Positions 26,418 to 34,720 of a DNA stretch of 64,000 nucleotides are shown piece after piece. The translations under genes and the position numbers were made by a program. The stretch lies in the IMG/VR virus record IMGVR_UViG_3300045988_142996, positions 1 through 64,000 of that record, one strand, 5' to 3'. Below the pieces are notes generated by a model. The model had not been told where the DNA came from. It made no database searches and saw only the letters and a list, made by a program, of their open reading frames with translations. Within the stretch, counting starts at the first letter, position 1. Each line of letters begins with the position of its first letter. The DNA is from a virus.

Positions 26418-26951
26418 ATGACTGTCGTTTGTCCCAGCTGCGGAAAGAAACTTCAAGTTCTCGATGACAAACCAACGAATGGAAAATGCGGAAGTTGCGG
26501 TGTCTCTTTCACCGTTGAGTACACGGCTGACGAAACCGCCATTGTTTCAGTCAAGACAGAAAAGACATTTTGGGAAAAACATCCTAAAATAGCTAAGGGC
26601 TTCGCAGCTGTATTGGGAGTTGGCTTTTTAGCCGGTGTGACTTGGCTTGCCGTCAAACCTAAAATCGACGAGTTCGCCAATGATTCTCCCATAGTAGAAG
26701 ACAATCAGTCTGATACAGCCCCCACTGCCACTTGCGTTGAAGTTAATAATGACAAGGCGCAGGATGATGCCACTTATGAGCAAAAAGAAATTCCTGTAAG
26801 CGGTGGCAAAGTGAAACTATCCGGAAATCGTCATGCATCTCAAAAGAAACGTGAAACAGCTGCTGAAAATGGTTATGCAGATTTAGCACCCGATGAAACC
26901 TGGCGTGTTCCGTCAACGAGGGTTATTGAAACCCCAGTCAAAGAATCTTGA
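26418..26951 (+). CDS. Zinc-ribbon protein with one TM helix (177 aa)
   Basis: CPSCGKK...CGSCG ribbon, TM segment GFAAVLGVGFLAGVTWLAV, and an acidic/polar tail. RBS AAAGGAG lies before the ATG at 26418 (the track start at 26391 is a GTG). Its stop abuts the TerL stop. Confidence 0.75.
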   Translation: MTVVCPSCGKKLQVLDDKPTNGKCGSCGVSFTVEYTADETAIVSVKTEKTFWEKHPKIAKGFAAVLGVGFLAGVTWLAVKPKIDEFANDSPIVEDNQSDTAPTATCVEVNNDKAQDDATYEQKEIPVSGGKVKLSGNRHASQKKRETAAENGYADLAPDETWRVPSTRVIETPVKES

Positions 26952-28697
26952 TCACTCAAACGCATCCCGGTTATTCTTATAAGCTACATACGCATCCATC
27001 ATAGCGGCAACCGCATCGATCTTCTGATCATACCTCTGTTTCAGAAGCTTGCGGTTGCCGTTTGTGTCTTCCAGGGTAATGCAGTTGCCCATAGCAAATT
27101 GCATCAGTTGCTCGTCAAACAGCAGTTTTCGCTGTTCGCTCAGCTTCTTCAGCTCGCCCAGCGGCACGCTCTCTGTCTTTGCGCCCTGGATCACCTTCTC
27201 GATGGCATACTCGCCGTTCTCTCTGGCCCATCGTTCCACAAAGTCCTTTGCGTTATAGGGGTCGTAGCCGAAAGACCGTACGTCGTACCCGCTGTTCTCG
27301 ATAAAGTGGTCAAGGTCGTCGTACACTTCCATCATGTCCAGCACGGTGCCTTCCAGCACCACAAGTGTTCCCTCCCGCATGAACTCGTCATACTTCTGCC
27401 GCATTGCAATGGGCAGCTTCGAGAGGGTGTAGCTCGTAATGTAGTCCCTCGTCTTCACGCCGAAATATCCGTGCTCCATCGGGAACAGGAAGGTAAACGC
27501 GCAAAAGTCGTCGCCCTGGCTGAGGTCTGCGCCCATGCTGCACGCCATCTGCCAGAAGTCCCGGTGCCGGTGCGGCAGGGTCTCCTCGTAGGGGAAGAAG
27601 TAGGTGTAACCCTCCATCGGGATGCCGAAGCGCTTTGCCAGGATGTCATTCCGGCTGGCAGGAGCCTTCTCGGCGCGTTCAACGTCCAGCTGGTAGGCTT
27701 CGTAGCTCACTGTGGCTCCCAGGTTCGGGTTCGCCTTCACCCACATGCTGGGGTCATTTACCTCGTCGATGCTGTCCAGCTTGTAGTACCAGATGGACAC
27801 ATGCGGGTTCACATAGTCGCCCTTCAGGATGCTCATCAATTCCATTTTGATGTCGTCACCGCAGCCGTTGCGCACCGTGCCCTCGCTGCTGGTGGCTACG
27901 ATCAGGTAATCCTCCACCTTGCAGCTACCCTGCTCGATAGCGCCAATGGGGTCTTCCCGGATGGGGCACGAGAGCCATTCATCCACTGTGGCCACCTTGT
28001 CTCTCCGTCCCTGCAGCTTGTCGATGCTCATGGGGCGGATTTCCAAAAGGCTGTTGGTCAGGAAGTTCTCGATGCCCTTCTTCGTGCTGGCCAGCTTCAC
28101 CCGCGCCGACTGGGAGCCGGTAGTGTTCTGCATGCTGCCTTCGGTCATAAAACGGTACAGCGGACCGCGGCTCCGCGCCAGTGCCGTGCGGATGGGGCTC
28201 AGCACCTCTTCCGCCTGCTTCATGGTGGGAGCCGTCGTGATCTGTTGCGTCGTGTGTCCGTCCACTGCAAGGAAGTATTGCTGGATGCAGCTGTCGTAGA
28301 TGCTCTTTGCCGCGCCTCGTGCCACGATCAGATACTGCTTGCGGACAAGGCGGTGCTTGATGCGCTTCTGGATGTACCTGCCGCCATGGCCGTCGGGGTT
28401 GGGCTTGTAGATGGTGCGTTCTTCAAAGTAGTACCATCCGAAGATTTCCTCCGCCCATAGCTTGAAGGTGTCCAGCAACTTCATGTCACTGCCGTCGGTC
28501 AGGGTCAGTTCCCGTTCACAGAACTTCACAAAGCCATCCATGGCCTTGTCGTCGTAGTAGATACCCGGATTTGCGATAAGATCATCGATCCGGTTCATCT
28601 CCATGGAGATTTCCCTGCAGACAGGAATTTCGCCTCGCAGCACGGCCTCCCGGAAACGGCCGTAATATTTTGGCGTAGCCGTGTTCGAGAGTGCCAT
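26952..28697 (-). CDS. Terminase large subunit
   Basis: A 581-aa protein with the Terminase_1-like layout: an ATPase region (YLIVARGAAKSIYDS) and a C-terminal nuclease region. It is the only terminase-sized ATPase in the genome. Confidence 0.8.
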   Translation of the reverse strand: MALSNTATPKYYGRFREAVLRGEIPVCREISMEMNRIDDLIANPGIYYDDKAMDGFVKFCERELTLTDGSDMKLLDTFKLWAEEIFGWYYFEERTIYKPNPDGHGGRYIQKRIKHRLVRKQYLIVARGAAKSIYDSCIQQYFLAVDGHTTQQITTAPTMKQAEEVLSPIRTALARSRGPLYRFMTEGSMQNTTGSQSARVKLASTKKGIENFLTNSLLEIRPMSIDKLQGRRDKVATVDEWLSCPIREDPIGAIEQGSCKVEDYLIVATSSEGTVRNGCGDDIKMELMSILKGDYVNPHVSIWYYKLDSIDEVNDPSMWVKANPNLGATVSYEAYQLDVERAEKAPASRNDILAKRFGIPMEGYTYFFPYEETLPHRHRDFWQMACSMGADLSQGDDFCAFTFLFPMEHGYFGVKTRDYITSYTLSKLPIAMRQKYDEFMREGTLVVLEGTVLDMMEVYDDLDHFIENSGYDVRSFGYDPYNAKDFVERWARENGEYAIEKVIQGAKTESVPLGELKKLSEQRKLLFDEQLMQFAMGNCITLEDTNGNRKLLKQRYDQKIDAVAAMMDAYVAYKNNRDAFE

Positions 28698-28785
28698 GGT
28701 TTATGCTCCTATCAGATTTTCCCGATCATCCACCAATGCCGATTAAGATACACCGGCTTTAGTCCGTCATGCTTAGCCTCCTAGC

Positions 28786-29913
28786 TTACCGCTTGTCCTG
28801 CTGGGCCAGCAGCTGGGTCTCGGTCAGCAGTTCGGCAAGGGTGGGGTAGTGGTAGCCGGTGAGCCAGATCTCTACGGTGTAGCCGCCGGTCGACGTTTCT
28901 GTTGCAAAGTGCAGGGTCCCGTTTGTCTGGAAAGTCGTGTTGGATGCGAAAATTCCAGTGCCATTTCCGTAGTTATGATTGGCGGTGCAGCCTTTTGCAA
29001 TGTCTACTTCCTCGCCGTACCCGCCGGTACTGCTGTTATATTTCGTCTTGACGTGCACGTAGTCCAGGCCGTCTGGCATTTTGATATCGTAGGTCTTCCA
29101 CCTTTTTCCGGTTTCTTCGTAGTGGTTCCACACCAGCCGGGGCTCCGACTTTACCGCCACGGCGGCAGCGATCTTATCATTGAGGGTCTTGCCGCTGAGG
29201 GTGCCGTCCGGGGCAATGTCCAGATAGTCGCCCACCTTGACGCCGCCCAGCTGGGCCGCCGTGGCGGCAGGCAGGGCGCACTGCTCTGCTGCAGACAGCG
29301 TGCCGTCAGGGGCAATATTCAAGCCAGTTCCTACTTTAACGCCGCCCAGCGTGGTTGCCGTGGCGGCAGGCAGGGCGTACTGCTCTGCTGCAGACAGCGT
29401 GCCGTCAGGGGCAATATTCAAGCCAGTTCCTACTTTAACGCCGCCAAGCGTGGTTGCCGTGGCCGGCGGCAAGGTGTAGGGCGTAGTACCCACGGCCAAT
29501 GGTCCAAATGCCATTAAAAGGTCCTCCCTTATGATGTAATAGTATGCAGCCAACGCCGCCGTGGGGATATGCTTTGCTCGCAAACGGAGCACGCCGGGCA
29601 GACTTTCAGAGCTAGAGAGAAAACATGCTGTCTCTGCGACATTTTGACCTGCCGGAGTAATTTCGACTGCCACCACATCGTTCTCCGTCAGACCAGAGAC
29701 AGGGATGTCCACATAATATGGATAACCATAATCCCCGTCTTGCTGCCAGCCTGTGGTCGGGATGGTGAAAGCAGTAAGTGCAACCTTATCTGCCTTGGCC
29801 TTGTCCAATGCTGAAACTGCACCAGACACAGTGACCGTCAGCGTGCTCAACTCCTGCAGCACTCGCTCCGAAACATCTCGCAGGCCGGCCAGAATGGTCT
29901 GAAAGCTACTCAT
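28786..29913 (-). CDS. Tail fibre protein with 3 x 33-aa tandem repeats
   Basis: The unit TATTLGGVKVGTGLNIAPDGTLSAAEQYALPAA is repeated about three times. Confidence 0.65.
   Translation of the reverse strand: MSSFQTILAGLRDVSERVLQELSTLTVTVSGAVSALDKAKADKVALTAFTIPTTGWQQDGDYGYPYYVDIPVSGLTENDVVAVEITPAGQNVAETACFLSSSESLPGVLRLRAKHIPTAALAAYYYIIREDLLMAFGPLAVGTTPYTLPPATATTLGGVKVGTGLNIAPDGTLSAAEQYALPAATATTLGGVKVGTGLNIAPDGTLSAAEQCALPAATAAQLGGVKVGDYLDIAPDGTLSGKTLNDKIAAAVAVKSEPRLVWNHYEETGKRWKTYDIKMPDGLDYVHVKTKYNSSTGGYGEEVDIAKGCTANHNYGNGTGIFASNTTFQTNGTLHFATETSTGGYTVEIWLTGYHYPTLAELLTETQLLAQQDKR
29182..29478. repeat. 99-bp in-frame tandem repeat, 3 units
   Basis: ctgctctgctgcagacagcgtgccgtcaggggcaatattcaagccagttcctactttaacgccgcc starts at both 29281 and 29380. 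A diverged third unit lies at 29182-29280. Confidence 0.85.
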
Positions 29914-29916
29914 TGA

Positions 29917-30861
29917 TTATGCCTCCGCAAATACCTCGTCCAGCATGGCCTTCACCTCGGCGGAAGTTGCCAGGACCAGGCCATCGAGCTTGGTCTTATC
30001 GGCGGCAGACATCAGACCTGCATTGGTAGCAGTAGCCTCGCCATAGGAAACGAGAGGCTGCCAGGTGCCATCGCCACGCAGGAACTTACCCTGTGCCCCG
30101 GCAGGAGGTGCGGGTACCAGACCGTTTGTGCCAGCAGCAGAAGACGTTGCACCGCTCATGGGAGAATAGGTAGTATTGGTGCCAGGAATGCCCAGACCTG
30201 TAATATCCTCCTTCGTCACCGGCGCAACTTCGGTAACATGACCGTAGGCATCCACCGTCACCTTGTACAGGCCGCTGCTTCGTGCCGTATAAGTCGGATG
30301 GGTGTACTTGTTTGCACCCTCGGCAATCCCGGCCAGCTTGGCACTCTCAGCATCGGTCATCAGACGCTTGCCGTTTTCTTTCTGCACATAACCGCTCAGG
30401 TCAACGGTGGTGTCGTCCAGCTGCTCCATGGTGTAGCTACCGTTTGTGCCCTTGATCTTGGCGTAGATGTCGTAGTGCTTGGTCTTGGGGTTCAGCACCA
30501 GGTACATCACGTTTTCGGTGGCACTGTCCACACCGGGTACGGTATCAACCTTCTGGAAGCTGGCATGGCCAGTCTTGGCGATGGCCGTCTGAATAGCAGA
30601 TGCCACCTGTGCGCTGGTCTGCCAAGAGCTATCATTGGTCAGCTGACTGGTCTTGGTGGGCACGGTAATATCCACAGCCTTGGCGTTGACTGCCTGTGCC
30701 TGACCATTGACCTTGATGGTCTCGATGACGTTTGCCTGACCACCTTTGTTTTCCAGAGCCTTCACGCGTGCCTTCAGTGCTTCGTCTCTTGCTTTCTGGC
30801 GATTTGCCAGGTCCTGAAGGTCACGCAGTTCAGGAATATGCGATAAATCGTAAGTTGCCAT
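29917..30861 (-). CDS. Tail fibre protein (314 aa)
   Basis: GLVPAPPAGAQGKFLRGDGTWQP and AGLMSAADKTKLDG are motifs common in Firmicute phage fibre proteins. Confidence 0.65.
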   Translation of the reverse strand: MATYDLSHIPELRDLQDLANRQKARDEALKARVKALENKGGQANVIETIKVNGQAQAVNAKAVDITVPTKTSQLTNDSSWQTSAQVASAIQTAIAKTGHASFQKVDTVPGVDSATENVMYLVLNPKTKHYDIYAKIKGTNGSYTMEQLDDTTVDLSGYVQKENGKRLMTDAESAKLAGIAEGANKYTHPTYTARSSGLYKVTVDAYGHVTEVAPVTKEDITGLGIPGTNTTYSPMSGATSSAAGTNGLVPAPPAGAQGKFLRGDGTWQPLVSYGEATATNAGLMSAADKTKLDGLVLATSAEVKAMLDEVFAEA

Positions 30862-31337
30862 TAGTCTTCCTCCTTAAAAATCTCATCCAACATTTCTTTT
30901 ACTTCTTCGGCACTTGCAACCCGGATGTTGATTCCGGCCACTTCTCTCACAAATGCCTCCCACGCCGGTGTTCCGGGCCGAGGAAGCTGTCCATCTTCTG
31001 TTCCACTATTTGCAGCAACAATATACATGAGGTCCGCACTGGTGATCGTCACACCGTCACCATCGGTCCCCTCGAAAGTGCATACGCCCTTTCCTGCATT
31101 TTGTGTCACGATATCCGGAACGTCAACGAACCCATCCTTTACCAGGGATGTCCCCAGCGTTTTCCCACATGCAGTATGCCAACAGACCCGCACAGTAAGG
31201 TTCTCCCATTCACCACGAGGGTCTATGGCAAGACGGTAAACTCCACGATTTCCGGCGTATCCGAGTGCCAAAGCAATCGTATTGCCGGGCGGTTGGGCCG
31301 TCCCATTTGAGCGCAGCGTGACAGCAAGATCTATCAT
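30861..31337 (-). CDS. Fibre-associated protein (158 aa) sharing a C-terminal motif with 29917..30861
   Basis: The start was set at MIDLAVTL, 4 nt after the upstream stop. The C-terminus ASAEEVKEMLDEIFKEED compares with ATSAEVKAMLDEVFAEA. Confidence 0.5.
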   Translation of the reverse strand: MIDLAVTLRSNGTAQPPGNTIALALGYAGNRGVYRLAIDPRGEWENLTVRVCWHTACGKTLGTSLVKDGFVDVPDIVTQNAGKGVCTFEGTDGDGVTITSADLMYIVAANSGTEDGQLPRPGTPAWEAFVREVAGINIRVASAEEVKEMLDEIFKEED

Positions 31338-31341
31338 GTCG

Positions 31342-32658
31342 TCACCCCTTTTGCTTAATATCCGGTTCCAACAAGACAACGGCGATCGTAAGCTCCTTTG
31401 TCGGTTTTGTTTTCGACCAGAACTTAAGTGCGCCATCCAACGCCTGACAGGTCCCATATAGGCCTGCTGCGATCGCAGATGGGACATCGTCCGGCTCGAC
31501 AGTTGCGATCGGAACCAGAAACGCCGTGCATTCCGCTTTTTCGAGCGTACAGGAATATGCGGCATCCGAATCACTTTTGCTCCACCTCGTCACGGGGATC
31601 TTCACAAGTTGTGAACCGATAACCCCTCCGTTATAGGAGGTTGTGATGCTGTCCAGCAGTTTGACTACGTTCGTTTCGCTGGTCTTTGCAGCATTTGCGC
31701 TGGTGGCGGCTCCCGACTCACTCGCCTTTGCGGCGGTTGCGCTAGATGCAGCCTCGGCGGCACTGCTCTGAGATGCCGTGGCACTGGAATTTGCTTTTGT
31801 CGCACTGCCAGCGGCATTTGTCTCGCTGACTTTAGCCGCATCGGCACTGGTAGCCGACTCTGTTGCCGAGTTCTTTGCGTTCTTCTCTGACGACTCCGCA
31901 GCGGTTGCGGCTTCGGTAGCAGCATTGGCGCTGGTAGCAGCATTTGACTCGCTAACTTTAGCGGCTTGCTCACTACTCGAAGCGGCAGTTTGACTGACCT
32001 TTGCCGCACGGGCACTGGTTGCCGCTGCTTCTGCGCTTGTGCCGGACGAATCTGCGTAGGATTTTGCGTTCCGCTCGGCATTGGCGGCTTCGGCAGCACT
32101 TCGTGAAGCAGCCGCTGCTGCATCTTCTGCCCCGGTCACCAGCGTACCGGAATAGATCATCAGGTCGTTCTTCAGATGCGTCAGATAATCCACAATCTCC
32201 GGTATATCCCCACCTTCGTAGGGTTCCAAACCTTCAAGCACAGTTCCTGCGCCGAGGGTGGTGTGGTAAGCCTTCTGGACGACCCCGTCGACATCCGTCA
32301 TAAAGCAGTTCACCACGAACAGAACGGTTCCTTTAACCATCGTAGCATCTGCGGCCACGGTCCAGATAAAGCAGAAGCTGTCAGTCTCCACGGTCTTTTC
32401 CGTTACCGTAAAATAATTGATGTCGCCGTCCGCATTCTGGTAGTTGATCCTGATGCAAAATTCGGACAAGTCAGACCCATGATAAAAGCGATTCATCCGG
32501 AACCGCACGCGGTTCACATCCTTGTCTCCTTCTACGCCCAGAACAACGCCTCGTTCAGGAACGGTGATGATACGCAAATGCTCGTCAATGATGAACGAAA
32601 GCTCGTCATCGCATCCTGCCTGATTTGCTGATTCCAGCAGCTCGTCAATACTCGCCAT
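31342..32658 (-). CDS. Fibre / BppU-like protein with a long Ala/Ser/Thr-rich repeat stalk (438 aa)
   Basis: The N-terminal ~150 aa is paralogous to 32673..33128. This is followed by about 170 aa of ...SAEAAATSARAAKVSQTAASSSEQAAKVSESNAATSANAA... repeats. Confidence 0.6.
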   Translation of the reverse strand: MASIDELLESANQAGCDDELSFIIDEHLRIITVPERGVVLGVEGDKDVNRVRFRMNRFYHGSDLSEFCIRINYQNADGDINYFTVTEKTVETDSFCFIWTVAADATMVKGTVLFVVNCFMTDVDGVVQKAYHTTLGAGTVLEGLEPYEGGDIPEIVDYLTHLKNDLMIYSGTLVTGAEDAAAAASRSAAEAANAERNAKSYADSSGTSAEAAATSARAAKVSQTAASSSEQAAKVSESNAATSANAATEAATAAESSEKNAKNSATESATSADAAKVSETNAAGSATKANSSATASQSSAAEAASSATAAKASESGAATSANAAKTSETNVVKLLDSITTSYNGGVIGSQLVKIPVTRWSKSDSDAAYSCTLEKAECTAFLVPIATVEPDDVPSAIAAGLYGTCQALDGALKFWSKTKPTKELTIAVVLLEPDIKQKG

Positions 32659-32672
32659 TCGTTCACTTCCTT

Positions 32673-33128
32673 TCAAAGATTATCGTTTACAAGCCCTTCC
32701 AGACTCACACCATTTCCGATAGTGGTCCCAAATGCCTGTTCGATTTTTCCGTTTGCTCCTCTTTTCACGCAATAGACAGTGAATTGCACAGTGCCTTTGT
32801 AGGAGACCACGTCTTTCCCCACGATCCACGTGAAGCTGATTGCATCATCAGTGACCGTTTTGTCCACCGCATCAAAGCCGCCACGCTCATTCTCGGCATT
32901 ATCGTAAAGAACTTGGATCTCAAAGTCCGAAAGATCGGTTCCACGATAATACCGTGACATCCGGAACCGGACGAGATTCACGTCTTTGTCTCCCTCTACG
33001 CCCAGAACAACGCCTCGTTCGGGAACTGAGATCAGTCGAAGGTCTTTGTCGATCACAAAGCACAGTTCTTCTTCATCCCGATTCGGCTCGACCATGGCTG
33101 CCAGAACTTCTTCCACACTCGCCATCAC
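32673..33128 (-). CDS. BppU-N-like protein (151 aa), paralog of the N-terminus of 31342..32658
   Basis: ISVPERGVVLGVEGDKDVNLVRFRMSRYYRGTDLSDF compares with ITVPERGVVLGVEGDKDVNRVRFRMNRFYHGSDLSEF. Confidence 0.6.
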   Translation of the reverse strand: MMASVEEVLAAMVEPNRDEEELCFVIDKDLRLISVPERGVVLGVEGDKDVNLVRFRMSRYYRGTDLSDFEIQVLYDNAENERGGFDAVDKTVTDDAISFTWIVGKDVVSYKGTVQFTVYCVKRGANGKIEQAFGTTIGNGVSLEGLVNDNL

Positions 33129-33427
33129 GCCACCTGCTCAACCAACACCGGATTTGTCTTCATCCGGGTCTTGCCGGTCTGACCGATCAGTTGTACTTTA
33201 AAGCTTCTGCCGTCGGTCACATCATCGGGCACAGTGCACTCAAAGTCGGCATTCAGCGCAACAGCGTATTCGTCATTGAACACCATGACTTTCTTTGCAT
33301 AGAGCCAATCATTGTCTCTCAATTGCACATGGCAGCACAGATACCCTTTGCTTCCGGCCATGATGCCGGAAAAATCGCCCTGCTTGGAAAGTTTCTGTCC
33401 TTCCACTGCAAACATCAGTTTCCGCAT
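33125..33427 (-). CDS. Hypothetical structural-module protein (100 aa)
   Basis: ORF from the track. Its ends overlap both neighbours. No family recognised. Confidence 0.5.
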   Translation of the reverse strand: MRKLMFAVEGQKLSKQGDFSGIMAGSKGYLCCHVQLRDNDWLYAKKVMVFNDEYAVALNADFECTVPDDVTDGRSFKVQLIGQTGKTRMKTNPVLVEQVA

Positions 33428-33768
33428 CTAACTTCCTCCTTATCGCATTCGGTGTACAGCCGCCATTCCAGCTCGCTGATCATGCTCTTGGTCGCATCCA
33501 TCACGCTGCTGGACTGAGGAGGATCGAACAGCAGACGAACTTTCATTGCCACGTAGCTTTTCACAGCTTCGATGTCAGCTTTGTTCTTACAGAAATCACT
33601 CCAGGTCGCCGTGGCGTCAACGATACCAAAACCCTCCTGCGGTCCTACGCCCATTTGACGAAGGATCATCAGCACGCTGTTGATGTGCATGATAAGGTCG
33701 GTATCAAAGGCCGTGTACTCCTCGGTCAGCCCGAGCAGCTTCTTCACTGAGGTCAGGATACTGTCCAT
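33415..33768 (-). CDS. Head-tail connector-like protein (gp6 / Gp19-Gp15-Gp42 family-like), 117 aa
   Basis: SVKKLLGLTEEYTAFDTDLIMHINSVLMILRQMGV matches the vK..LGI....FD.dLi..In pattern. Confidence 0.5.
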   Translation of the reverse strand: MDSILTSVKKLLGLTEEYTAFDTDLIMHINSVLMILRQMGVGPQEGFGIVDATATWSDFCKNKADIEAVKSYVAMKVRLLFDPPQSSSVMDATKSMISELEWRLYTECDKEEVRCGN

Positions 33769-33783
33769 TTTGATTTATCTCCT

Positions 33784-34047
33784 TTAGTCTGCGATGCGCT
33801 GGTTGTCCCACTTCTTGTAGGCATCCAGATAGGTCTCACACTTGTCGCCGTTGTGCGTGACCTCGTAATACATCCCGTCGGATACAGTGGTGCTCACAAG
33901 CGCCTTCCAGTTCTGCAGGGTTTTGCTGAACCATACGATGAACACGTCCTCCATCGTCAGCTTCTTGCCGTCGGTCACGTCCACATGGGCGTTAAAGTAG
34001 TCCACCACCAGCTGCTTTGCGCGGTTCATCATAGCTTCGTTGTTCAT
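33784..34047 (-). CDS. Hypothetical protein (87 aa)
   Basis: ORF from the track with an RBS GGAGGAAAAC upstream. Confidence 0.5.
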   Translation of the reverse strand: MNNEAMMNRAKQLVVDYFNAHVDVTDGKKLTMEDVFIVWFSKTLQNWKALVSTTVSDGMYYEVTHNGDKCETYLDAYKKWDNQRIAD

Positions 34048-34065
34048 TTTGTTTTCCTCCTTTTA

Positions 34066-34266
34066 TCATTCCTCATGGTCCATTACACCTTCGGATGCAA
34101 TGGCTGCATTTGCCCAGAACAATGCCTCATCCAACTTCGTCAGCGCCAGACTGCGCTCACGGCTCGGTGCAATACACTGCACCATGTGTTCTGCCTCCTG
34201 CATCTTCAGCCGCAGGTTCGTGCTGTATGCTGCTTCCGCAACATTAAACTTTCGTACCGGATACAT
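34066..34266 (-). CDS. Hypothetical protein (66 aa)
   Basis: The start was set at MYPVRKF behind GGAGGAAATGAG. The sequence includes SLALTKLDEALFWANAAI. Confidence 0.45.
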   Translation of the reverse strand: MYPVRKFNVAEAAYSTNLRLKMQEAEHMVQCIAPSRERSLALTKLDEALFWANAAIASEGVMDHEE

Positions 34267-34267
34267 C

Positions 34268-34720
34268 TCATTTCCTCCAAGGACAGGTATCGCCCGGGCG
34301 TCTCTCTGCAAATGCAGGCTTTAAGATCGTGTCATCTCCGTAGTGGATGGCTTTGTGAGTGCGGTCGCTCACGCAGATCACATTCTCCGGATCGAGCAGC
34401 GCATCTGTATGACCAATCACGTCTTCTTTCGTCAGCGGGTTCAGATGGTGGATAATAATGCGCGGCCGGACGGGTTTGCCGTTTTGTATCACCCAATCTG
34501 TGATCTCGCGGTCAGGACAGCCAAGGTCACATCCCGCATCCCGTACAATGATCTTGTCCCGGAACTGCCGCCATTCTCTCGACTGGTAAAAGCTCTGGTT
34601 CAGATATCGGTCAAAGCCGAATGTGTCATAGCCCACCGTTCCATGCAACTGCAGGTAATGGAACCGATCATCAAATGTCTGTAAGCGGATGAGCTCTGAG
34701 TATCTTTTAAGTGTACTCAT
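34268..34720 (-). CDS. HNH endonuclease (packaging-associated type)
   Basis: IIIHHLNP...VICVSDRTHKAIHYG is an HNH core. The start was set at MSTLKRY. It overlaps the stop of 34707..35048. Confidence 0.75.
   Translation of the reverse strand: MSTLKRYSELIRLQTFDDRFHYLQLHGTVGYDTFGFDRYLNQSFYQSREWRQFRDKIIVRDAGCDLGCPDREITDWVIQNGKPVRPRIIIHHLNPLTKEDVIGHTDALLDPENVICVSDRTHKAIHYGDDTILKPAFAERRPGDTCPWRK

Noticed and set aside
29182-29478. Diversity-generating retroelement (TR/VR pair) in the fibre gene
   Set aside because: The repeats are adjacent, in-frame tandem units within one ORF. No reverse transcriptase gene exists in the genome, and the differences between units are not adenine-specific.
31665-32123. 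152-aa P/Q/R-rich ORF inside the fibre gene, in an alternative frame
   Set aside because: It is a frame-shifted reading of the GC-rich Ala/Ser/Thr repeat DNA of 31342..32658, so it is a compositional artefact.
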